Positions 51,687 through 61,255 of a stretch of DNA of 64,000 bases are shown here, piece after piece. The stretch comes from an uncultured archaeon (GTDB lineage Archaea; Asgardarchaeota; Lokiarchaeia; Sigyniarchaeales; SOKP01), in assembly GCA_964486045.1 (NCBI GenBank), contig CAZALK010000001.1, positions 520,242 through 584,241 on the forward strand, read 5' to 3'. Position 1 is the stretch's first letter, and every line of letters starts with the position of its first letter. The notes under the pieces are model-generated. The model saw only the letters and a list, made by a program, of their open reading frames with translations. It did no database searches and was not told where the DNA came from. Both the position numbers and the translations under genes were made by a program.

Positions 51687-53832
51687 ATAGTTACTCCCGG
51701 CGTTTAGCAGGACTTACTCTGGTTGTAACCAGGATTTATCAAACTGCCACTGGCCAGGTTTCAGCTTCTGTAAAAAAGCTTTCGCTCTATCAGAAACCTA
51801 TGTTTTTGTTAAACAGTCGTCCCCCCCTAGTTATTGCAACTTGTGAGCCCCTTCACACTACCGAAGTTGCGTGAAGAAGTTCGCAAGCAAGCCTTCTCCC
51901 AAAGTTACGGCTCTAAATTGTCGATTTCCCTAGCCTCCTTTACACGAATACGCCTTAGGCTACTCACCTAGGGGCACCTGTGTCGGTTCTGGGTACGATC
52001 ACGGCATTTCTTGTTGATGTATTTTTATTAAGTCCTGGACTCAGCGGAGCCTTCCACAATTGGATGGTTATTCATGCTTTGAGCTGGGTCTAAGATTTAC
52101 TCTATTCACCAGCTTTATACATTTAAATAGGGAGATATTCGACGACCCTATTCTACTTATCCGGAACTGTCTACATACAACCATGCGTCACCGCTATTCG
52201 TAGTGCCGTGGTACAGGAATATAAACCTGTTTCCCTTTCGCGCGTACCAGTTAAGGGTGCGCTTAGGATCGACTAACTCTTCGCTGACGACGCGTTGCAA
52301 AGAAACCCTTGCCCTTTCGGCGGATGGGATTCTAACCCATCTATGCTTTTACTATTACCAGGATTTTCACTCCGAAGCGGTCCACAGGAACTCACGCACC
52401 TGCTTCAGCCCACTCCGGACGCTCCCCTACCAGATCACGGGGTTCTTCCGCCCGTGCTCTTGGGTCTCGGTGGCAGATTTAAGCCCCGTCCATTTTCGGG
52501 GCTATATTTCTCGGCAAATGAGTTGTTACACACTCGTTAGGGAATGGCTACTTCTATACCTATCCTTTTGCTGTTTTAGAAATATAACGCCCTTTCGTTT
52601 AACACTTAACCTGCACTTAGGGACCTTAACCCAAGTCTAGGTTGTTCCCTTCTCGGCGATGGACTTTACGCCCACCAACCCGTTTCCCAGAGTCTACAGT
52701 GCCAGCAAATTCGGAGTTTAAGAGCGAGGAGAGGAATTCCTTCCCCTTACCACACAATTAGTGCTCTACGTCACTGGCGACTTCGTCTGAGACTTGGCTG
52801 ACACCAACTTCGGGGAGAACCAGCTATCACCGATCTAGATTAGCCTTTTGCTCCTATTCCCAGTTCATCCAAGAGAATTGTACATCATCACTGGTGCAGA
52901 CCTCCATCGCCCTTTCGAACGACTTCATCTTGACCAGGAATAGATCGACCGGCTTCGGGTTTTACAGCAGAAACTTTTGGCCCTTTTAGACCATTCTTCT
53001 GGCCTAACTCCTTAGTAGGATTCGCTAAACGTTATCAGAGTGGCAAAACCACGCGTCAACGAGTAAACCTTCCTAATGTGATAGTTAGGTTGCAAGAATA
53101 TTGGTTTCCCTATGCCTTCGTGGGTGATCCACTTAAGCTTGCTACTACTGTAAACTCCCTGGCCAATGATTCCAGACTGATGATGCAACCCTAGTCCTCT
53201 GTGCTTTGACATTCCGTCACCGGAACTCATTCGCGCAGAATCTATCCTTTCAGGCTGCATCCTTACTAAGCTATTTGGTTTCAAGCACTTTTCACGACCC
53301 TTCCGGGTTACTTTTCATCTTTCGCTCACGCTACTACTTCACTATCGGTCTTGGGTTATATTTAGATTTACCAGCGTGTATCTGGTACATTCATACGAGA
53401 AAACCATCCCGCATTACTCGGGAACTCTCGCAGCAACCTTCTAGATTTTTATTACGCGGCTATCACGCTCTATGGCTCAGCTTTCCAGGAGTATTCATAT
53501 TCTCTAGAGAGGTCGTACAAGGTCCACACACCACATTTCCACTAGGTTTCCCTAGGGATTCGGTTTGATCTATTCCGCTTTCGCTCGCCGTTACTAACGG
53601 AATCACTATTGTTTTCTTTTCCTCCTGATACTAAAATGTTTTACTTCTCAGGGTTCCCCTTCCCACGAGGGAATCTTGCGGATTATTTGGCCGCAAGTGG
53701 ATGTCCTATTCGAGGATCTCGGGGTCAACGTCTTCATGCGACTAGCCCGAGCTTATCGCAGCTTGTCACGCTCTTCATCGGTTCCCAAGCCAAGATATCC
53801 ACCAAATAGCGGAGGCGTATTGGCGTCTAGTT

Positions 53833-53972
53833 GAGGAAAGATTCAGATTGCTTGCCTAAGGGTTTGGCATATTCGGTATTAGTAAGTTTTTATAACTTTT
53901 TTTTATAAATTATTATCAATTCTGACGATTGATAAGAAGCCTTAAATAATATGGGGAGTATGTTCCTATGAG
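53833..53972 (-). other. 5' arm of the pre-23S processing stem with BHB half-site
   Basis: GC-AAGC-AAT-CTGAATCTT pairs with the trailer; also GGAACATACTCCC/GGGAGTATGTTCC. Confidence 0.85.
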
Positions 53973-54462
53973 CATGATTTATCATGCTTGGCTTCGGTTT
54001 ACTTAGACCAACCAATGTGAAGGTCAGTTTAAGCACCCACATCCTGTGGCACCATCATTTTGACCGAGGTCTTTTCTGGTGTACTTCTGTGAGGCCTAAG
54101 CCGGCTATTGGCCATATTTCATCGACTATCGATGAGATGTTTTTCTAACCAATAACTTGTCGATGACGACAATTCAAATTTTTAAAAGCATTTAATGCCA
54201 TCGACGAAGTATAAGAGTAAATACTTGGTTAAAAATTTTATGGTCTAAACACATAAACATTAAAAGGCATTATGAAGATTCTGGGGTGTAATAATTAAAA
54301 GGTTTACTACACATTTATAAATCGAAGCAAAAAGGGAAATAAATTTGAATCAGAAAATTAAGGAAATTTGAAGTTTTGAATTCGAGAACGATTAATTATT
54401 AGCAGTAAGAAAAGACGAGTTTGAAGATATCGTGGTAATATTTATAAGAATTAGGGTGTAAA

Positions 54463-55332
54463 ATGGTTAGTAAAGTATTGGTTGGTACATCTGGATGGGG
54501 ATATGATGAGTGGATTGGTCTATTTTATCCGAAGGGTTTAGAGCAGAGTGACTTTCTAAGGTATTATTCTGAAATTTTTATCACGAATGAGATTAATACG
54601 ACTTTTTACCACACACCTACAAGCAGGGTTGTAGAAAGTTGGGTAAAGAAGACTCCTAGGAACTTTTTATTTTCGGCAAAAATACCTCAAACAGTTACAC
54701 ATACTCACAAATTAGATGTTGATTTTTGCTCAAGTAATTTGGATCACTATTTAGAAGCTATGAATCCCTTAATTGAAGCGAAAAAATTGATATCATTTTT
54801 AATTCAACTTCCTCCTTCGTTTAACAAAAAAGATCATTTTAGTAACTTAAAGGAGTTTATAGAGAGTTGGCCAGGGGATCTTGAAAGAGATAATTACCAT
54901 TTAGTTGTTGAGTTTAGGCATAGCTCTTGGATTGATGAGGAAGTATTTCAGTTTTTAAGGAAGAACCATTTAACTTATTGTGCTGTAGTTGAGCCGTTAT
55001 TACCTCCGAGAATGGATGTAACTAACCCATCTTTCGTTTATATTAGATTTCATGGATATGGTAAAGAGATCTGGTTTGATTATTTTTTTAAGGAAGAAGA
55101 AATAAGGAAGTGGGCACAAACTATTAAGGATGTTATTCCAAAAGCGGAAAAAATCGGAATATATTTTAATAATCATTTTTCTGGATATGCAGTGAAAAAT
55201 TCGTTAATGATGATGAATGAATTGGGAGTTCAACCAAGAAGATCACCTGAGAATGTGAGTCTTTTGGATATTAAAAAAAAATCGGGAAAATATTCAAAAG
55301 GTCAGACGGGTTTAGATAAATTTATAAAATAA
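54463..55332 (+). CDS. DUF72 (YecE) family protein with C-terminal PIP-like motif
   Basis: GTSGW, EINTTFY, QLPPSF, VEFRH, YIRFHG, YFNN; tail QTGLDKF. Confidence 0.92.
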   Translation: MVSKVLVGTSGWGYDEWIGLFYPKGLEQSDFLRYYSEIFITNEINTTFYHTPTSRVVESWVKKTPRNFLFSAKIPQTVTHTHKLDVDFCSSNLDHYLEAMNPLIEAKKLISFLIQLPPSFNKKDHFSNLKEFIESWPGDLERDNYHLVVEFRHSSWIDEEVFQFLRKNHLTYCAVVEPLLPPRMDVTNPSFVYIRFHGYGKEIWFDYFFKEEEIRKWAQTIKDVIPKAEKIGIYFNNHFSGYAVKNSLMMMNELGVQPRRSPENVSLLDIKKKSGKYSKGQTGLDKFIK

Positions 55333-55396
55333 AGTAACAATCCTCATCTAAAATGATTTTATTTAATTGAAAATTTAAAAAGATTTCTGAAGTAAT

Positions 55397-56404
55397 TTGA
55401 GTAAACAGAAAATAAGAATTGGATTTATTGGGGCTGGATCTATAGGTAGTTTATTTGGGGGGTATATAGCAAATATTGAGTCTGATCTTTTTGAATTAGA
55501 TGTAAATTTTTTTTGTACCGGTGATCATGCTGCAGCAATTAACCAAAACGGGTTAGAAATCGTCAAGAATCAAATTGTTCAAAAAATCAATACCATCCAT
55601 GCTTTTGAAGATGAGAAATTTATAGAAGAATGTATAAGGAATAATCCCACTTTTCGATTCGATTTTATTTTTCTTACAACAAAGACGTATGACATAGAAA
55701 CTGCAATAACCCAATATCAAAAACTTATTGAAGTTAGTAGTTGGATTGTAATTTTGCAGAATGGGATAGGGAATGAAGATATGGTAAGTAGCTATATTTC
55801 AAAATCAAAGATAATAAGAGCGGTGACAACAAATGGGGCAATGTTAAAAGATCCAGGCAAAATAATTCATACAGGTCAAGGTTTAGTAAAAATAGGCTTG
55901 GCATTCCCAGAAGATCTCAATTTGAATGAGGAAGAAGGAAAATTTAAGGAAATTAACATTGGATTGCTCTTGGATCTATTGAGATTAGGGGGTTTTGAAG
56001 CTGATATTACGGAGAATATTATTAAAGAAAGTTGGGAGAAGGTATTTGTAAATGTTGGGATTAATGCTTATGGGGCGTTAACACGGCTGAAAAATGGTGA
56101 GTTGATGAAATTTAAAGGATTAAAACATTTAATGAGTAAGGCAATTAAAGAGGCAATTGAAATCGCTAAACTAAAGCATGTTGAGCTTGCCGAGAAAGAT
56201 TTTGTGGCAATAACTTATGATGTTGCAAAGAAAACAGCGGAAAATAAGAATTCAATGCTACAGGATATTTTAAATGGAAGTTTAACCGAGATAGATTATA
56301 TAAATGGAAGAATATTAACGTATGCTAATGAGTTAGGAGTTAGGGTACCGATTAATGAAATTATAACGTATTTAATCAAAGGTTTAGAAACATCAACCGA
56401 TTGA
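55397..56404 (+). CDS. panE: Ketopantoate reductase
   Basis: GAGSIGS, LQNG, WEKVFVN, NSMLQD, TEIDYING. Confidence 0.93.
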   Translation: MSKQKIRIGFIGAGSIGSLFGGYIANIESDLFELDVNFFCTGDHAAAINQNGLEIVKNQIVQKINTIHAFEDEKFIEECIRNNPTFRFDFIFLTTKTYDIETAITQYQKLIEVSSWIVILQNGIGNEDMVSSYISKSKIIRAVTTNGAMLKDPGKIIHTGQGLVKIGLAFPEDLNLNEEEGKFKEINIGLLLDLLRLGGFEADITENIIKESWEKVFVNVGINAYGALTRLKNGELMKFKGLKHLMSKAIKEAIEIAKLKHVELAEKDFVAITYDVAKKTAENKNSMLQDILNGSLTEIDYINGRILTYANELGVRVPINEIITYLIKGLETSTD

Positions 56405-56932
56405 TTTTTTTTTAGAGTTTAATGTCATGTAATAAGCGTTTTCTCCATCACGGTAATAATTTTTTTTGATGTTAATTATTTGAAATTTGAATTGCTCATA
56501 TAGTTTTATAGCGTTATAATTAGATACTCTTACTTCAAGCACATATTCTTGAATCTTATATTTTTTTACTGCTAACATACTATTTGACAACAAAACTTTT
56601 GCGATTCCTCTTTTTCGATACTCTTGCGAAACAGCAATTGATACAAGATGTCCTTTAGTAATGTATCGTATGCTATCGAGAGAAGAAGTCTTTTCAACTC
56701 TCCACATAATGTAACCGATAATTTTAGCAGCATGATTTTGAGCTACCAAGAAAGATTCTGGAAAATTATCAAGAATGCTTTTATAGAAAAAGTAGGGATA
56801 ATCTTCTGGGAGTTCTCGTTCATTAACTCCTATCACACCGTCTAAATCATCTAATGTGCATCTTCTTATTAGAGATTTTTGGCTATTTAGATAGTCTAAA
56901 GTATTGTCCTTCGTCTCTTTGTTGGTGGTCAT
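56393..56932 (-). CDS. Ard1/RimI-like protein N-terminal acetyltransferase
   Basis: LPEDY, GHLVSIAV..YRKRGIA, LEVRVSN, YYRDGENA. Confidence 0.92.
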   Translation of the reverse strand: MTTNKETKDNTLDYLNSQKSLIRRCTLDDLDGVIGVNERELPEDYPYFFYKSILDNFPESFLVAQNHAAKIIGYIMWRVEKTSSLDSIRYITKGHLVSIAVSQEYRKRGIAKVLLSNSMLAVKKYKIQEYVLEVRVSNYNAIKLYEQFKFQIINIKKNYYRDGENAYYMTLNSKKKSIG

Positions 56933-57035
56933 CGTTAACCTTGTCTAAACGGTCATTTATAAAAGAATAGCATTATTTATATATAGGATATAAGAATAGA
57001 AACTTTTAAGTTTTTATGAATCCTAAAAATAAAAA

Positions 57036-57836
57036 TTATTCATCCGTTAAGATTTTAAAAGCCTCCTTCTTTTGTTTTGAAATGTAATCTATTATCAAAT
57101 CTAATGTTTTTTGGATATTCAATGTATTATCAAAATTATTTATAATTTCATGTAATTCATCGGTATTTAATTTCTTAAATTTTTTTGCGGTTTCAATCAT
57201 TTCGGGAATAGCTCTTATAACATTATCAACTATTGTAATATCTGCCCACAACGCAGTTCTACTTAATGGATTTAGATCAATAGCTATCACTTGTTTTTTT
57301 AATTTTTTCAATGTTTCAGTGCGATCACCATCTTCTAAGGGAACCATGACAACATCCGCTCTTGCGATAAAATCTACTTTTCTTCTATTACTTTCAAGTC
57401 CATCTAGTATAGTCATCTCATTTTCATTAGTTCCTTTAATATTAGCAGCTCCCGCGTTTTTTAAAACATTAGTGATTGCTTGAACTCGACCTTCCTTAAA
57501 ATAAAACAAATTTATTTCAAGGGGTATGTTTAATAATTTAGATAAACCAGCGAGTTCATTTGGTACTAGAGCCGCTACATTTCCATTTACACTGATAACA
57601 GGATTTTCTGCAACCAACAACGCAGCTACAGCTGCTTGTATTGCATCTTTAGCTGTTTTGGTTGTTTTTTCACCTATAATATAATCAAAACATTCACCTC
57701 GACCATGTGCTATTAAACCTGCTTCTGCAACAACTAAATTCTTCATACCTTCGATAATTTTATGTCGATATTTTAGGCTAGTATAGCGAGGGTGTGATTT
57801 AGGAACATCCTGGTCAATGTTTTGGTTCAAAGGCAT
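57036..57836 (-). CDS. pps: Phosphopantothenate synthetase (archaeal CoA pathway)
   Basis: SHPRY.SL, GLIAHGRGE.FDY, ISVNGN, VPLEDGDR, IDLNPLSRT. Confidence 0.93.
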   Translation of the reverse strand: MPLNQNIDQDVPKSHPRYTSLKYRHKIIEGMKNLVVAEAGLIAHGRGECFDYIIGEKTTKTAKDAIQAAVAALLVAENPVISVNGNVAALVPNELAGLSKLLNIPLEINLFYFKEGRVQAITNVLKNAGAANIKGTNENEMTILDGLESNRRKVDFIARADVVMVPLEDGDRTETLKKLKKQVIAIDLNPLSRTALWADITIVDNVIRAIPEMIETAKKFKKLNTDELHEIINNFDNTLNIQKTLDLIIDYISKQKKEAFKILTDE

Positions 57837-57925
57837 ATTATTTCACATGATTTAAATATTGATCTTTATATAAATTGGTATAAAGAAAAAATATTAATCT
57901 TTTGGATAATTTTAAACCATTATAG

Positions 57926-59206
57926 ATGGTTATGAGTACAGGTACAAAAAAGATGTCGAATGATTTACAGATCTACAAGACGAAAAAATTATTAAGTGAT
58001 CTTAAAAAAAAAAAAGGGTTTCATACAGAATTAATTTCATTATATATTCCTCACGATAGGAAGATTTCGGATGTTACGAATCACTTAAAGAATGAAGTGA
58101 GTGAAAGTCAAAATATTAAATCAAAGTTAACAAAAAAAAATGTGCTGGATAGCATTAGTAGTCTTTTAGGTAAGTTAAGAAATATAAAGGATGTACCCGA
58201 AAATGGTTTGGTTATGTTTTCTGGGGCAATCCCCCAAGGTAATACTGCAGGTACTGAGAAAAATGAGTTATACATTGTAGAACCTCCTGATCGAGTAAAA
58301 ACATTTAGGTATCACTGTGCAAGTGAATTTTTATTAGACCCTTTGGAGGATATGCTTTCTCCAAGGGAAACATTTGGATTATTAGTAATAGGACGAAAAA
58401 AGTCAGCAGCAGGATACATCAAAGGAAGTAGAGTTGAAGTAATAAAGGAATTCACTTCAGGCATTCGTTCAAAACATAGCCAAGGTGGTCAATCTCAAAG
58501 ACGATTTGAAAGGTTAAATGAAGAAGCTGAAATTGCCTTTTATAGACGAATTTCTGAAGTAATAAATGAGAAATTTTTAGGATTTGAAGATTTACAAGGT
58601 ATTTTTGTAGGAGGACCAGGTCCATCAAAAGAAAAATTTGTAAAGGATGAGAGTTTAGATTATAGATTAAGGGGAAAAATTCTAGATGTTGTAGATATTG
58701 GTTATGGTGGGCGTGACGGTATACGAGCTTTGATTGAAAAAGTTAAAGATCAGATGGTTAATGTGAAGTATATTCGTGAACAAAAGATTATGCAGCGCTT
58801 TATGAAAGAAATTACTAGTGAAACAGGATTGGCTACATATGGATTAGAAGAAATACAGAGGGCATTAAACTATGGTGCTGTCGATACTCTCTTACTTTCT
58901 GAAAAGATTGATATCTATAAAGTCAAATTAGGATGTTTTAATTGTGAATACGCTGAAGAAAGAACTGTAAAACAAAGTTTGTTAGAAAAATTTAAAAGAG
59001 ATTTGCAAGAAGAAAGTTGTTCAAATTGTGGTTCAAATGCGTTTAAAATTATCGAAATAATTTCATTAATTGAGGAACTTGGAGAAATAGCAGAATCTAC
59101 AGGTACAAAAGTAGAGATATTATCAACGGATACTGAAGAGGGTGAAATGTTGAACAGCACATTTGGTGGTATTGCGGCAATTCTCCGGTATAAAATTGAC
59201 TATTAA
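57926..59206 (+). CDS. prf1: Peptide chain release factor aRF1
   Basis: NIKS, YHCASEF, GGQSQRRF, FGGIAAILRY. Confidence 0.97.
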   Translation: MVMSTGTKKMSNDLQIYKTKKLLSDLKKKKGFHTELISLYIPHDRKISDVTNHLKNEVSESQNIKSKLTKKNVLDSISSLLGKLRNIKDVPENGLVMFSGAIPQGNTAGTEKNELYIVEPPDRVKTFRYHCASEFLLDPLEDMLSPRETFGLLVIGRKKSAAGYIKGSRVEVIKEFTSGIRSKHSQGGQSQRRFERLNEEAEIAFYRRISEVINEKFLGFEDLQGIFVGGPGPSKEKFVKDESLDYRLRGKILDVVDIGYGGRDGIRALIEKVKDQMVNVKYIREQKIMQRFMKEITSETGLATYGLEEIQRALNYGAVDTLLLSEKIDIYKVKLGCFNCEYAEERTVKQSLLEKFKRDLQEESCSNCGSNAFKIIEIISLIEELGEIAESTGTKVEILSTDTEEGEMLNSTFGGIAAILRYKIDY

Positions 59207-59253
59207 AAAGAATAAATATTTAAAAAGGATTAAATAGTAATAAAAAAGCGATA

Positions 59254-60246
59254 GTGACAAAGATGGGACTCGAGGATCAATTATTAAATTTAAAAATGAT
59301 TATGTTTGGGGGAAAAGGAGGTGTTGGAAAAACTAGTTGTGCTGCAAGCTCAGCAATTTGGGCTGCAGAGCATGGGAGAAATACGTTAATTATAAGCACT
59401 GATCCTGCACATTCATTAGGTGATAGTTTAGGTATTGAACTATCACCAGGTATACCTACACCAATCGAAGGGATTGAGAACCTTACTGCATTAGAGATTA
59501 ATCCTAAGGTAAACATATCAGAATATAAGGAATTGACAAATATTAATCCTATGGAAGAGATGGGTATGTCTGGATTGATGGATAGTTTACCGATATTTGG
59601 GGATATGGAAGAATTAGCCTCAATGACACCCCCAGGAATTGATGAGGCTTTAGCTTTTGGTAAAATTTTAGAATTTGTTGAAATGGAGCACGACTATGAT
59701 TTAATAGTATTTGATACAGCACCAACAGGACATACTCTAAGATTTTTGAGCTTACCTGAGACGTTATCTGGGTGGATTGGAAAGTTAATAAAAATGAGGT
59801 TAAAAATAGGGAATATGTTTGGAGCTGTTAAAAGGATGTTTACTCGAGAAGAAAAAAAGGAAGATAATTCATTCGAAGTTTTACAAAGGTTAAACAACGC
59901 TATTTTAAACGCGAGGGAAGATCTTACAAGCCCTGTTAAGAATTCATTTATCATCGTAATGATACCTGAAGAAATGGCAATTACTGAAACCGGACGATTA
60001 CTAAATGAATTAATCAAATATAACATTCCCGTTACCACAATAATAGTTAACCAATTGTACAAGAATCCTACGGAATTTTGTGAATTTTGCAAAGCGCGTA
60101 GAAAAATGCAACAAAAAAATTTATCAAAGATAAAGGAAATTTTTGAGGGGAAGTTAAATAAGAATTTGATCGAAGTTCCCTTATTTAAAGAAGAAGTTAG
60201 AGAATTTGAAAAGTTAAAAGAAATGGGAGAATATCTGATAAATTAA
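59254..60246 (+). CDS. GET3/TRC40-like ArsA family ATPase
   Basis: GGKGGVGKT, STDPAH, DTAPTGHT, CEFC..R..MQ. Confidence 0.9.
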   Translation: MTKMGLEDQLLNLKMIMFGGKGGVGKTSCAASSAIWAAEHGRNTLIISTDPAHSLGDSLGIELSPGIPTPIEGIENLTALEINPKVNISEYKELTNINPMEEMGMSGLMDSLPIFGDMEELASMTPPGIDEALAFGKILEFVEMEHDYDLIVFDTAPTGHTLRFLSLPETLSGWIGKLIKMRLKIGNMFGAVKRMFTREEKKEDNSFEVLQRLNNAILNAREDLTSPVKNSFIIVMIPEEMAITETGRLLNELIKYNIPVTTIIVNQLYKNPTEFCEFCKARRKMQQKNLSKIKEIFEGKLNKNLIEVPLFKEEVREFEKLKEMGEYLIN

Positions 60247-60248
60247 GG

Positions 60249-61235
60249 TCATTGATTAAATTCTTTTAAAAATCGACAATAGATACATAATTGGGCTTTT
60301 CCACATGGATACCCACACGATTGACAAGTTTGGTAACCTTTTTTTTCTAATTGGTTATAAAGAATAGATGATAGTTCTAAAAATCCATTTAATAAATTGA
60401 ATTCAATTTCGGGACTATATTTTTTGCATTCTTGAATAAAATCTAAAACCCTCTTTCTGATAATTGGATCTTTTTCTCGATAAGAGCAATGTGATGGATA
60501 ATAATTAATTTTTTTTATATTCGCATAGAGGAAAATTTCTTCTTCAGGAATTCTCATTAAAGGTCTAATTTTCTTAACGAAGAATTTATTTATATTAGGA
60601 TTTTCCTCCTTAAAGATATATTGGTTTGCAATTAAGTGCAATCGTTTGTATAAAATATTCATTAGATACGTTTCAGCTATGTCAGTGAGATTATGTCCCA
60701 TTGCTAAAATCGTTCCACCTAATTCTTTTGCTCCATCATTTAATAATCTTCTCCTTATTGTTGCACAGTAATTACATGCATACTTGTAATCCGGGAGTTT
60801 CTTTTTTAGGTTTATAATCTCATCTAAAGTATACCCTATTTTTTCTTTAAAAGAGATAATTTTATGTTCAATTTCCAGTTTTTCACAATATTCTTTAGCA
60901 TTCTTAATCGAGTTCTCTCTATAATCAAAGATACCCTCATCGATAATCAAAGCAGTAAGTTCCTGAGACTGAAATTGCCTTTTTTGAATCTCGTTGAGAT
61001 TATATAGGAGAGAAAGAGAATCCTTACCACCTGACACGGCTACAATGATTTTATCATCATTTTTTAACATCTTGTATCTTGAGATGGTTTTAAATATGGA
61101 TTTTTCAATATTTTTCTCAAAGCATTGTGGACAAAGTTCTTCACCTGAATATTTTCTCTGTATTACAATTGAGTTGTTACATCTTAAACATTTACCTCTT
61201 TTTAAAAAAATATTGTAATTACCCATTAAAACCAT
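60249..61235 (-). CDS. tRNA 2-thiolation protein (Ncs6/TtuA/TtcA family)
   Basis: SGGKDS PP-loop, CNYC..RR, GHNL.D, terminal Zn fingers. Confidence 0.92.
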   Translation of the reverse strand: MVLMGNYNIFLKRGKCLRCNNSIVIQRKYSGEELCPQCFEKNIEKSIFKTISRYKMLKNDDKIIVAVSGGKDSLSLLYNLNEIQKRQFQSQELTALIIDEGIFDYRENSIKNAKEYCEKLEIEHKIISFKEKIGYTLDEIINLKKKLPDYKYACNYCATIRRRLLNDGAKELGGTILAMGHNLTDIAETYLMNILYKRLHLIANQYIFKEENPNINKFFVKKIRPLMRIPEEEIFLYANIKKINYYPSHCSYREKDPIIRKRVLDFIQECKKYSPEIEFNLLNGFLELSSILYNQLEKKGYQTCQSCGYPCGKAQLCIYCRFLKEFNQ

Positions 61236-61255
61236 TTAATTGATAAATTAACAGA

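Larger units (their letters stand above)
50390..53820 (-). rRNA. rrl: 23S rRNA, unlinked from 16S and 5S (ends approximate), with two putative introns and large ES9/ES39
   Basis: Sarcin-ricin loop AGTACGAGAGGAAC, peptidyl-transferase segments (GATGTCGGCTC, GTGAGCTGGGTTCAGACCG), H69 GGGAGTAACTAT, 5' GGTGGAT..GCTGCGATAAGC. Confidence 0.98.

Noticed and set aside
50370-53809. ORFs listed inside the 23S region
   Set aside because: Shadow ORFs of GC-richer rRNA; neither intron is long enough to encode a homing endonuclease
54024-54060. Box C/D-like motif in the 23S leader (ATGATGG...CTGA, minus strand)
   Set aside because: Box C is imperfect and I could not identify a guide target by eye
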